This document shows, one piece after another, positions 1-8,683 of a stretch of 64,000 nt of DNA (within the stretch, counting starts at the first letter, position 1; each line of letters opens with the position of its first letter). This DNA comes from an uncultured Chloroflexia bacterium (GTDB lineage: Bacteria; Chloroflexota; Limnocylindria; Limnocylindrales; CSP1-4). The translations under genes were made by a program, and so were the position numbers. The notes under the pieces are model-generated. The model was not told where the DNA came from. It saw only the letters and a list, made by a program, of their open reading frames with translations, and ran no database searches. The DNA lies in contig CAVSHH010000008.1 of NCBI GenBank assembly GCA_963727585.1, forward strand, positions 6,134-70,133, in the 5' to 3' direction.

Positions 1-169
1 CGGGGGCGTTGACGACCACGAACGCCAGCAGGCCGAAGAAGGCGACCGTGGACACGGCCGCGATCAGCAGGCTTCGCGCACCTTCGCCCCCAATGCCCAG
101 CCGGGGTCCCCGCGCCCGGCCTGGCCGAGCGACCTCGTCGGGGGGTGCCGGGACCCCGTCAGGCTCCAT
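1..169 (-). CDS. Amino acid ABC transporter permease, N-terminal part (runs off window)
   Basis: ATG at 169 gives MEPDGVP...SLLIAAVSTVAFFGLLAFVVVNAP, a TM helix; directly downstream of the substrate-binding protein gene. Confidence 0.65.
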   Translation of the reverse strand, partial: MEPDGVPAPPDEVARPGRARGPRLGIGGEGARSLLIAAVSTVAFFGLLAFVVVNAP

Positions 170-172
170 GCG

Positions 173-1333
173 TCAGGGCTGGAAGACCGGCGCCTTCGCC
201 TTGTCGGCCAGCCACTCCTGGGTGATCGCGGCAAGCTGTCCGCTGTCCTTGAGCCGGCCGATCGCCGCGTTCACGCACGAGGTGAGGCTGCTGCCCTTGT
301 CCAGCACCACGCTGAAATGCTCGGCATCGGCGGTCGGCGGGAACTGGCCGACGATCACCCCGTCCTCGACCTGAGCAGCGGTCACGTAGAAGGCTGTCGG
401 CAGGTCGACGACGAGGCCGTCGATCTGGCCGTTGCCCAGCGCCGTGACGGCGGCATCGTTGGTGTCGTAGACCTTCGCCTCCTTGGTCGGGGCGATGACA
501 TCCTGGATCAGCTGGTAGCTCGTCGTCCCGACCTGGGCGCCGAAGGTGAAGTCCTTGAGCCCGGAGATCGTGGTCACCTTCGAGAGATCGGAGCCCTGGA
601 GCGCCACGACGGACTGGGCGACGTCGTAGTAGCCGTCGGACAGGTCCACGGCCTGGGCCCGATCCTCGCTGTACGAGACCTGGGTCAGATACAGGTCGAA
701 GTCCTTGGGCCCGGGCTGAATGGCCTGGGTGAACGGCGTGACAACCCAGGTGACCTGTCCGGCCGGGAAGCCCATCTCGTCCGCGATCGCGTAGGCGACG
801 GCGCTCTCGAAGCCCATCCCGTTGGTGGGGTCGCCCAGCTCCCATGGAGCCGGATTCGAGTCGGACGGCTCGAAGTAGGGCGGGTAGGCGGGGTTGTCAG
901 CACCGATCGTGAGCATGCCCGGCGTCATGACCGCGAGGTTCTCCGCAGCGCAGGCGTCCAGCGTCGGCGTGGGGGCTTCGGTCGGTGCCTCGGTGGCCGC
1001 CTCGGACGGGGCCTCCGAGGCGGGCTCGGACGGGGCCTCGGATACGGGCTCGGAGGCGGGCTCGGACGGAGCCTCGGACGGAACGCCGGCCTCGCCGCTT
1101 GCAGTCGGTGACGAGCTGCCGCCCTGGCTGAGGAGGAAGGCGCCGACGACGACCAGGAGGACAACGATCAGGCCGCCGGCGATCAGCGCATTGCGGCTCA
1201 GACCACCATCGGACGGGGGCGGAGATGCCGGCGCCGGTGCGGCGTTCGGCACCGCGGCGGTGGGAACCTCTTCGGGAGGGGTCGGCGGACTCGTAGGGGG
1301 CTCGCCCGGGGTACCGGGCGTCTGCTCACTCAT
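173..1333 (-). CDS. Polar amino acid ABC transporter substrate-binding protein (SBP family 3) with TM anchor and Pro/Ser/Glu linker
   Basis: LTIGADNPAYPPYF, GFESAVAYAIA, VDLSDGYY, GAQVGTT, LAAITQEWL motifs; N-terminal TM helix. Confidence 0.9.
   Translation of the reverse strand: MSEQTPGTPGEPPTSPPTPPEEVPTAAVPNAAPAPASPPPSDGGLSRNALIAGGLIVVLLVVVGAFLLSQGGSSSPTASGEAGVPSEAPSEPASEPVSEAPSEPASEAPSEAATEAPTEAPTPTLDACAAENLAVMTPGMLTIGADNPAYPPYFEPSDSNPAPWELGDPTNGMGFESAVAYAIADEMGFPAGQVTWVVTPFTQAIQPGPKDFDLYLTQVSYSEDRAQAVDLSDGYYDVAQSVVALQGSDLSKVTTISGLKDFTFGAQVGTTSYQLIQDVIAPTKEAKVYDTNDAAVTALGNGQIDGLVVDLPTAFYVTAAQVEDGVIVGQFPPTADAEHFSVVLDKGSSLTSCVNAAIGRLKDSGQLAAITQEWLADKAKAPVFQP
975..1085 (-). repeat. Imperfect 12-bp tandem repeats encoding an EAPS/EPAS linker
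   Basis: Repeated ggcctcggacgg/ggctcggacgg units; protein SEAPSEPASEPVSEAPSEPASEAPSEAATEAPTEAP. Confidence 0.7.
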
Positions 1334-1445
1334 GGGATCCTCACTCGGCGCAACGGCTCACTCGGCGGCAACCGGGTGGTCGCGTGCGTTCGTCGCGTGC
1401 GTTCCTGGCCCCCGGCACCGCGGACGCACGCGACTCTAGCAGAGT

Positions 1446-1613
1446 GATCCGTGCGAACCGGACGCACACGGACCCAGGCGGGCGGCTGCAGGAACGGCCG
1501 AAGCGACGCCGGAAGGAGCACGGCGTCGCTTCGGAGGGCTCCGGCATCGACGGGAGGAGGGACCGTCGCACCGGGTGGTTGTTCGCTTTGGGGCGGTGCA
1601 CCGTGGTTCGGTA
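1446..1613 (-). ncRNA. Candidate small RNA with four hairpins and C-rich loops
   Basis: Perfect 14-bp stem 1498-1511/1521-1534, 6-bp stem 1548-1568, two more stems; G-U pairs favour the minus strand; CATCAT -10-like box at ~1620-1625. Confidence 0.35.
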
Positions 1614-1713
1614 GGGGGAATGATGCGTTCCGGGGTCCCGGCCCCGGGATCCCCCGCAGGTCCCATGCCTGCGGGTACCTTGGTGGCGTTCCGCCACGTG
1701 GGAGACTCGGGCC

Positions 1714-2898
1714 GTGCGCGTACGGATGATCCAGCTTCGCCTGCTCGGCACCGCCCTCGCCCTGCTATGGCTGGCGGCGTTCGTGCTGGTGGCGATCGGC
1801 TATCGCCCCGGCGGTCCAGCCGACTGGGTCGTCGGCATCGCGGCGATCGGACCCGTGCTGGTCGCGCTCGCCGGGATCGTGTGGCCGCCGCTTGCCCGTG
1901 GCGGTCGTGCATTCGCGGGGATCGCCTGGCTCGGGCTCGGCGCCGCGCTGCTCCTCGTGCCATCGCTCGCGGGACTGGTGACGCAGCTCAGCTCCGGGGG
2001 CCCGCAGACGCTGCTGCCATCGCTCGAGGCCGCCTACCCGTGGCTGCTGGCCCTCGTCGCGACGGGCCTGTTCACCGGCCTCGGGCTTGCGCAGCGCCGG
2101 CTGGGCGGCACCGCCCTGCGACGGCGCCGGCTCGCCCTGGGATCGGCATTCGCGGCTGTCCTCGTGCTCATGGCCGGCTCGGCGTTCGCCGTCGCGGCCG
2201 TCGCCAACGAGCTGGCCCTGGCCGACCGCCCGGCGCTCGCGTCGCGCTTCGGGCCTACCGATCCCGACCTCGATCCGCCCGCGTGTGGCGACCCGGCAGC
2301 AGCTGCGTCGAGCGCGCGGCTGCAGCTGCGGCTCGACGGGTCGATCGACGGCCGATACACGGGGCTGGTCACCCTCGCCGGCCGCCGCGACGGGGACGAC
2401 TTGCTGTGGCTGGGCTACGGTGCCACGCGGGTCACCCTGGGGCCGCAGGGTATCGCGCGCGTGGGCCCGGACGCCTGGGTGCGGTCCGTGACGGGGTCCT
2501 GGGTGCCGGCCGACGTGACGCGCGCCGACGGCTGGGACACGGACCGCCAGATCGTCGCCGTCGCGCTGGCTCCGGGCGACGCGAACGCCCCGGAGGATCG
2601 CGGCATCGACTACATCGACGGCGCCCGCGCTCGACACTGCCGGATCCCACTCGACGGCGAGACGGTGCGCCGGATGCTGCCGGCCGTCGCCCTCGTCGTG
2701 GGCGGAACCGACATCTCGCGATGGAAGGGCCTGCTCGACACCTGGGTGTTCGCCGACGGCCAGCTGGGGCAGGCTGACGGATCCGTCAGCGGACCGGCCC
2801 CCGACCTGGGCGCCGATACCCTGCAGGCCGGGGTACGGTTCCGCATGCTGGCCTTCGACCGCGACGAATCGATCACGGTCTCACCGCCGGCACCGTGA
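1714..2898 (+). CDS. Hypothetical membrane protein (5-6 N-terminal TM helices plus an extracytoplasmic, possibly LppX/LolA-like domain)
   Basis: Hydrophobic helices followed by a soluble beta-rich region; stop overlaps the WYL start (GTGA). Confidence 0.75.
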   Translation: MRVRMIQLRLLGTALALLWLAAFVLVAIGYRPGGPADWVVGIAAIGPVLVALAGIVWPPLARGGRAFAGIAWLGLGAALLLVPSLAGLVTQLSSGGPQTLLPSLEAAYPWLLALVATGLFTGLGLAQRRLGGTALRRRRLALGSAFAAVLVLMAGSAFAVAAVANELALADRPALASRFGPTDPDLDPPACGDPAAAASSARLQLRLDGSIDGRYTGLVTLAGRRDGDDLLWLGYGATRVTLGPQGIARVGPDAWVRSVTGSWVPADVTRADGWDTDRQIVAVALAPGDANAPEDRGIDYIDGARARHCRIPLDGETVRRMLPAVALVVGGTDISRWKGLLDTWVFADGQLGQADGSVSGPAPDLGADTLQAGVRFRMLAFDRDESITVSPPAP

Positions 2899-3911
2899 CA
2901 CGGGATGGAGGAGACGTGGACGACCTGCCGGCTGACGACCGTGCAAAACGCGACCGGACGGCCCGCCTGCTGACCGTGGTCCAGGTCCTGCGGGCCAACG
3001 GAACCAGCGGCATCTCGCCCGCCGAGATCGCGAAGCGGACGGGGGTGGCCAGGCGGACCGTCTACCGCGACCTCCGTGCGATCGATGTCGAGCTGGGGAT
3101 CCCCGTGTGGAGCGAGGGCGGTCGCTGGGGCGTGGACGCCGAGGCGTTTCTGCCGCCGCTGCGCCTGACCCTCTCCGAGGCGATGGCGATCTTCCTCTCG
3201 GCGCGGCTGCTGGTGCGGTACAAGGACAAGCACGACCCGGTCCTTGCCTCGGCATTCACCAAGCTCGAGGAGGGCCTGCCGGCCGCGCTCCGGGCGCATG
3301 TCGAGCGGACGGTGCAGGACCTCGCAAGCCGGGACGTCGACCCGGTGTTCAACCAGCACCTGGGCGACCTGACCCGGGCATGGGCGGATCGTCGCGTGGT
3401 CCAGTTCGAGTACGCTCCGGCGTCGTACGCCGGGACGCGCGGCCCGCGCCGGGCGACGGTCCGGCCGTACCTGCTCGAGCCGTCGCTCCAGACCCACGCC
3501 CTGTACCTGATCGGGTTCGACGAGGAGCGCGGTGCGATGCGCACGTTCAAGGTCGAGCGGATCCGCGACCTGGCGGTACTGCCGCGCACGTTCGAGGATC
3601 CAGAGGCGGACGTGGTGACGCAGCTCCGGCGGGCCTGGGACATCATCGCGGACCAGGAGCCCGTGGAGGTGGTGCTCCGGTTCCACCCGGAGGTGGCGGG
3701 ACGCGTGCTCGAGGCCCAATGGCATCCCAGCCAGCGGGTATCCGAGCTCGCCGACGGCTCGCTGGAATGGCGGGCCACGGTCGCCGGCACGATCGAGATC
3801 CGGCTCTGGATCCTGTCCTGGGGCGCCGACGTGGAGGTGCTGGCGCCGGTCCAGCTGCGCGACGACGTGGCCGCCACGCTCCGTGAGGCGCTCGCGCGCT
3901 ACGACGCCTGA
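2895..3911 (+). CDS. HTH-WYL-WCX transcriptional regulator (PafB/PafC/YafY-like)
   Basis: N-terminal wHTH (EIAKRTGVARRTVYRDL), WYL core (VRPYLL...LYLIGFD...RTFKVERI), WCX end (WILSWGADVEVLAP..LR). Confidence 0.92.
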   Translation: MTRDGGDVDDLPADDRAKRDRTARLLTVVQVLRANGTSGISPAEIAKRTGVARRTVYRDLRAIDVELGIPVWSEGGRWGVDAEAFLPPLRLTLSEAMAIFLSARLLVRYKDKHDPVLASAFTKLEEGLPAALRAHVERTVQDLASRDVDPVFNQHLGDLTRAWADRRVVQFEYAPASYAGTRGPRRATVRPYLLEPSLQTHALYLIGFDEERGAMRTFKVERIRDLAVLPRTFEDPEADVVTQLRRAWDIIADQEPVEVVLRFHPEVAGRVLEAQWHPSQRVSELADGSLEWRATVAGTIEIRLWILSWGADVEVLAPVQLRDDVAATLREALARYDA

Positions 3912-4032
3912 CCGCCACCGGCCACCCGCCGGGCCGCGCACCGCTGCCCGCCAGGAGCCCGATAGGGCCTTCACGGTGGTCACCGTGTTCCGCTCGCGCC
4001 CGGGCTGGGTGCCACCGGGGTACCCTCTCGGC

Positions 4033-5505
4033 GTGGACCAAGGAAGTCCGGATCTGGGCTCGGTGGGCGGCCCATCCTACGCGCACCCGGGCGACGCCCC
4101 GGGTCGTCGAGCGCCGTTCGCGGCGGTCAACCTCATCAGCGACCCGATCCACGGCTACGTCGAGCTGACCAAGCGGCTCACCGCGGCCGATGCCCGGGCC
4201 GCCGGCTACGCGGACGAGGACGTCGCCGAAGACGACCTGCTCGACTCCACCTGGCTCCAGCGCCTGCGCCGGATCTCGCAGCTCCAGAGCGCTCGCTGGG
4301 TGTTCCCCACCGCAGAGCACTCGCGGTTCACCCACGGCCTGGGCGTGATGCACGAGGCCGGTCTCTGGGCCCGGTCCCTGTACCCGTCGCTGCGGACCGC
4401 GCTGCCGGCCCTCGCCCCGGGCGAGCCCATCCCGTCCGAGGGCCTGGTCGTCGAGACCCTGCGAGTCGCCGGGCTGCTCCACGACGTGGGTCACGGACCC
4501 TTCGCGCACTTCTTCGACGACCGGTTCCTGGCCGGCTTCCCTGCGCCGGTGGACCCCCGCCGACCGGGCGCCAAGACGCTCAGCCACGAGGACCTGAGCC
4601 AGCTCATCATCGAGCGCGAGCTGGCCCCGCTGATCGGTGGCCTGCGTCGTGCGCCGGGTGCCGGGCCGGAGCAGGCGGCGCTCGCGGGCGGCGAGGCGAT
4701 CGACCCCCGGTGGGTGTCGTTCCTGATCTCGAAGCCGGCCCTCTCGGACGCCTCGATGCCCGGCTGGGTCCGTGTCCTCCAGCCGCTCCTGTCGGGCGTG
4801 TTCACCGTGGACAACCTGGACTACGTGCGACGCGACGCGTACCTCACCGGGGTGTCGATGGGCCCGGTCGACGCCGAGCGGCTCCGGCGTTACAGCTTCG
4901 TCTCCGAGCACGGGCTCACGCTCTATGAGTCGGGGCTGGGGGCGCTCGAGATGTTCCTCTCGGCCCGGCTGTTCATGTACCGCCACGTGTACCTCCACCG
5001 CACGGTGCGCGCGATCGACCTTGACCTGGAGGAGGTGTTCGCTCCCTCCATCCGGGCGGTGTTCGGGGACGGCTCCCCCGCCGAGCGGCTGGCGGCGTTC
5101 GCCGACCTTGACGAGTACTCGCTGCTCCACCAGGCGGCCGGCTGGGCCCGTGGCGACCATCTCTCCACGCGCCCCGTGCCGGGCGACGGGTGCGTCACCC
5201 GCACGGTTGCCGAGGGCTGGCGGGCGATCCTGCTCCGCCATCCGCGGTGGCACGCCGAGCGCGAGGTGCACGCCGAGCAGGACACGCCGGACTGGCCGCC
5301 CGCGCTGCTGGCCGAGCTGGGCGACCCGGAGCCCGGGGGCGTCGTGCTGGACCTCGTGGGTGTCGACGCGCGTCCGGGCGCCGGCAGGCCGGACACGCTC
5401 GCGATCGAGCGCCGGGACGGGGGGCGGGGACCGTCACTGGGCGAGGCGCTGGCGCGGGTGCCGGCCTGGTCGCTGGTGGGTCGCCGCTACCGACGCACCG
5501 GGTAG
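4033..5505 (+). CDS. HD-domain phosphohydrolase, SAMHD1/dNTP triphosphohydrolase-like
   Basis: DPIHGY, QRLRRISQL, EHSRFTHGLG, LLHDVGHGPFAH, DNLDYVRRD, MYRHVYLHR; start set at GTG 4033 after TACCCT-N6. Confidence 0.9.
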   Translation: MDQGSPDLGSVGGPSYAHPGDAPGRRAPFAAVNLISDPIHGYVELTKRLTAADARAAGYADEDVAEDDLLDSTWLQRLRRISQLQSARWVFPTAEHSRFTHGLGVMHEAGLWARSLYPSLRTALPALAPGEPIPSEGLVVETLRVAGLLHDVGHGPFAHFFDDRFLAGFPAPVDPRRPGAKTLSHEDLSQLIIERELAPLIGGLRRAPGAGPEQAALAGGEAIDPRWVSFLISKPALSDASMPGWVRVLQPLLSGVFTVDNLDYVRRDAYLTGVSMGPVDAERLRRYSFVSEHGLTLYESGLGALEMFLSARLFMYRHVYLHRTVRAIDLDLEEVFAPSIRAVFGDGSPAERLAAFADLDEYSLLHQAAGWARGDHLSTRPVPGDGCVTRTVAEGWRAILLRHPRWHAEREVHAEQDTPDWPPALLAELGDPEPGGVVLDLVGVDARPGAGRPDTLAIERRDGGRGPSLGEALARVPAWSLVGRRYRRTG

Positions 5506-5543
5506 GCTCCGGCGACGTCGAGCCGGCTCAGGGGGCGTCGACC

Positions 5544-6497
5544 TCAGGGGGATGTCGACGCTTCCTTGCCGTCGCCGTTCTTTCCCTGGTGTCTCGGCGC
5601 ATTGATCCCGGCTCGCGGCGGCAGCACGAGCAGCGGGTCCACGCGCGCGATCTCACGGACCGGCAGGCGCATCCGCCGCGCCACCTCTCCCTTGATCCGG
5701 AACGTGGCCGTCTCGAGCGGCGAGAACAGCCCGTAGTGCACGTGGCAGCCCGAGGCGTGGCCCGTCATCCCCTCGTAGCCCAGCAGCTGGCCGGACCGGA
5801 CCGTGTCGCCCTTGCTCACCTTGATCCGTGAGAAGTGGGCGTAGATGCTGCGGTAGCCGTCGCCGTCGTCGATCACGACCACGATCGGCAGCTCATACCA
5901 GATCCGCTGCCGGTCCAGGCGCGCGTAGTAGCGGGCCAGGTCGCCCGCCCAGCCGAGCTGGCCGTCGTAGCGGCGCCCAGCCGCCAGGACCACCCCGGCA
6001 TGCGCGGCCAGCACGCGATCCCCGCAGAACGTCGCCAGGTCGACGCCGTCGTGGAACAGCTTGCCGCCCACGACCCTCGATCCCCACGGCGTGGGGCCGA
6101 ACGGGAGGGTCAGCCGGGGATGGGCGAGCGGCCACTGGTAGCCCGTCAGGAGGGCGACGGGCATCGGTCCGGTGCTGACCGGCGGCGGACCGATCGTCAC
6201 GCCCGAGGCATCGAGCGTGCCGCCGACAGCGTCAGCTGCCGATGCCAGGAGCGCGTTCATGGCGACCGGGTCGGGCGTCATGACCGGTGCGGTGATCGGT
6301 GACGCCGCCGCCCTGGGCGCGTGGGCGACGGCGCGACCCGGGTTGGTCCCCTGGACCTCGAGCACGCTCCCGGCTGGGCTTAGCGACGGGACCGCGAGGA
6401 GCCCGGCCGCTGCGACCACGGCACCGGCGAGAACCAATCGGAACCGCGGGTCATGCCGACGACGGGCGTGGGGAAATCGATGTCGATGGCGGGGCAC
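5544..6497 (-). CDS. M23 family metallopeptidase, secreted or anchored
   Basis: HDGVD (HxxxD), SIYAH and GCHVH (HxH) motifs; N-terminal hydrophobic segment; start GTG 6497 after CACAAT-N6. Confidence 0.88.
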   Translation of the reverse strand: MPRHRHRFPHARRRHDPRFRLVLAGAVVAAAGLLAVPSLSPAGSVLEVQGTNPGRAVAHAPRAAASPITAPVMTPDPVAMNALLASAADAVGGTLDASGVTIGPPPVSTGPMPVALLTGYQWPLAHPRLTLPFGPTPWGSRVVGGKLFHDGVDLATFCGDRVLAAHAGVVLAAGRRYDGQLGWAGDLARYYARLDRQRIWYELPIVVVIDDGDGYRSIYAHFSRIKVSKGDTVRSGQLLGYEGMTGHASGCHVHYGLFSPLETATFRIKGEVARRMRLPVREIARVDPLLVLPPRAGINAPRHQGKNGDGKEASTSP

Positions 6498-6780
6498 CGA
6501 CGGATTGTGCCTCAGCCGGCCATCACCGTGCCGGGTGGGTCCACGCGGCCAGGGATGGACGCGGGCCGAGGGGCGCTGGCCATCCGAGGGGGCGCTGGCC
6601 CGTCGCCCAGCCCCAATCGACCAATCCGCCAGACTCAGCCGCTGGCGGCTACCATCGGCGCCCGCATCGTTGCGACGCCAACGCAGCAAGGCGTGGCACG
6701 AGGAGGCTGGCGGTCGCCAGCGGGATGCAGCCGATCGTTCGCGGACGACAGGTGACCGTGCGCTACCCTGTCCACCGCGC

Positions 6781-6857
<77 letters not shown>

Positions 6858-6874
6858 TCCCTCCGGGCGCGCCA
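6858..6874 (+). repeat. Tandem duplicate of the tRNA 3' end (att-like)
   Basis: tccctccgggcgcgcca at 6841-6857 repeated exactly at 6858-6874. Confidence 0.9.
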
Positions 6875-6975
6875 TTGCTCAAGTCGATCGAGGCCGGCAG
6901 CGCACGGCCGGGCACCGCCTGGACGCGTGGTCGCGACTGTTGCGGGTCACGCGTCGATAGCGGATTACTCGCGTG

Positions 6976-8271
6976 TCAGCCGACCGGGACCGAAGGCTTC
7001 GTTCGACCGAGAGCTCGCCCCGACTCGGTTTCGCGCCCGACTAGGAGATGTGCCCTAAGCCGGCCCTTGCCTTTGACCTCGATCTCGCCCCGACTCTCCA
7101 ACCGGTATCGGCCGGACAGACGGTGAGCCGTCTCGTCTGTCACCTGGATGCGACCGACAACGCCGTGCGATTCCATGCGGCTCGCCATGTTGACGGTGTC
7201 GCCCCACAGGTCGTAGAGGAATCGGTGGCGACCGATCACGCCAGCCACCACGGGGCCACTCGCGATCCCGATGCGAAGCTCGAGCCCCAGGCCCGAAGCC
7301 GCGCTCACCCGCCCGAGCGCCTCCTGCAGGTCGATGGCGAGTTCGACCACGGCCTCTGCGTGATCCGCCCGCGGCTCGGGAAGGCCGCCGACGGCCATGT
7401 ACGCGTCGCCGATCGTCTTGATCTTCTCGAGCCCGCGGCGCCGCGTCCGCTCGTCGAACACGCTGAAGATCTCGTCAAGGATCCCGACGACGCGCTCCGG
7501 GCCGGTCCGTTCCGCGAACGGCGTGAAGTTTGCGATGTCGGCGAACAGGACAGTGACGTCCTCGTGACGGTCGGCGATGACGCCGGACGATCGCTGCAAC
7601 CGGCGGGCGATCGACTCCGGAAGGACGTTGAGCAGCAGACGGTCCGACCTCGCAAACGCCGCGTCCCGCTCGCGCACGGCGTACTGGAGCAGCAGGTACG
7701 CCGTCAGCGCCACGCCCAGGATGTTGAGCACGAAGAAGGCGACGACAATGCCGCTAGGGATCGGCGCCGGTGAGGTTGACAGGTACGGGTCCAGGAAGCC
7801 GGAGATGACGGTCAGGATGACGAAGGTCGCGAACCAGGGGATGGCCTCCCGGGCGGTGTAGAAGAAGAGCGCTCCGATGGCGGCGACGAGTGCCCAGAGG
7901 CTGACGGCGCTTGAGGCGACATAGCCGCCCAGACTCCATTGGAGCAGGAACGGGAGCAGCGACATCAGGCTGATGTTGCCGAACCGGAAACGGCGGTAGT
8001 TCCCCGTCCGCGCGAAAGCGATCAGCCCGACCAGCGCGGCGATCTGGTACACGAACGGGATCGCCGCAGATATCGGGAGCCCGAGCGCCAGGTAGACCCC
8101 GACCCACACGAGGGCCAGGACCGTCACGGTCAGCGAAGCGAGCGTGAGAGAGCCCTTCTGCAATCGTTCGAGGTCGCTGTCTCCGGCGCGGAACCCGAGC
8201 GCTGCAAGCCGACCGAGCAGGCGGCGGGACGACCCGACGATCCCGGGAACCGTGTCGGGATGGGCCTCCAT
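6976..8271 (-). CDS. Membrane-bound class III adenylate cyclase (6TM plus catalytic domain)
   Basis: VLFADIANFT, EKIKTIGDAYM, LRIGIASGPVVAGVIG, YDLWGDTVNMASRME; ~6 TM helices. Confidence 0.93.
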   Translation of the reverse strand: MEAHPDTVPGIVGSSRRLLGRLAALGFRAGDSDLERLQKGSLTLASLTVTVLALVWVGVYLALGLPISAAIPFVYQIAALVGLIAFARTGNYRRFRFGNISLMSLLPFLLQWSLGGYVASSAVSLWALVAAIGALFFYTAREAIPWFATFVILTVISGFLDPYLSTSPAPIPSGIVVAFFVLNILGVALTAYLLLQYAVRERDAAFARSDRLLLNVLPESIARRLQRSSGVIADRHEDVTVLFADIANFTPFAERTGPERVVGILDEIFSVFDERTRRRGLEKIKTIGDAYMAVGGLPEPRADHAEAVVELAIDLQEALGRVSAASGLGLELRIGIASGPVVAGVIGRHRFLYDLWGDTVNMASRMESHGVVGRIQVTDETAHRLSGRYRLESRGEIEVKGKGRLRAHLLVGRETESGRALGRTKPSVPVG

Positions 8272-8406
8272 CTGCGAAGGATACTCACTGTCGGCACGCT
8301 CGAGGCGATGGGGTCGGGCCTGGGATCAGCCATGCGGCCCGGTGTTTCCCCCTGCGCGTCCGACACCCAGCGGGCGCGCAAACTGCAACGTCGGCGGACT
8401 TCGCCC

Positions 8407-8580
8407 GCCCCCGTAGACACGCACATCGTCGATGTCGTCTTTGATCTGCCGCAGGCTCGTGTAGTGCTCCACGATCCCCGGCAGGGGACGCGACGTCGAG
8501 CACGATCGGGTCGAACGTGATGAGCGACGCGTCGAGGAGCCGCTCGAGGAGCGCGAGCGTACCGGCGACGCCGGCGCGTG
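8407..8580 (-). pseudogene. Remnant resembling the C-terminus of a vanadium-dependent haloperoxidase/PAP2 protein
   Basis: LPGIVEHYTSLRQIKDDIDDVRVYGG recalls the conserved ...DARVYGGIH segment; frameshifted and lacks a start. Confidence 0.4.
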
Positions 8581-8683
8581 CGGGTCTGGCGACGTACGAC
8601 TAGCAGGGCCGGCCAGGCGCCCGAGCCTCGAGCTGCTCCGCACGCCTGTCGGACATCCGGCGCCGGTTGTTCCTGCACCGGCC

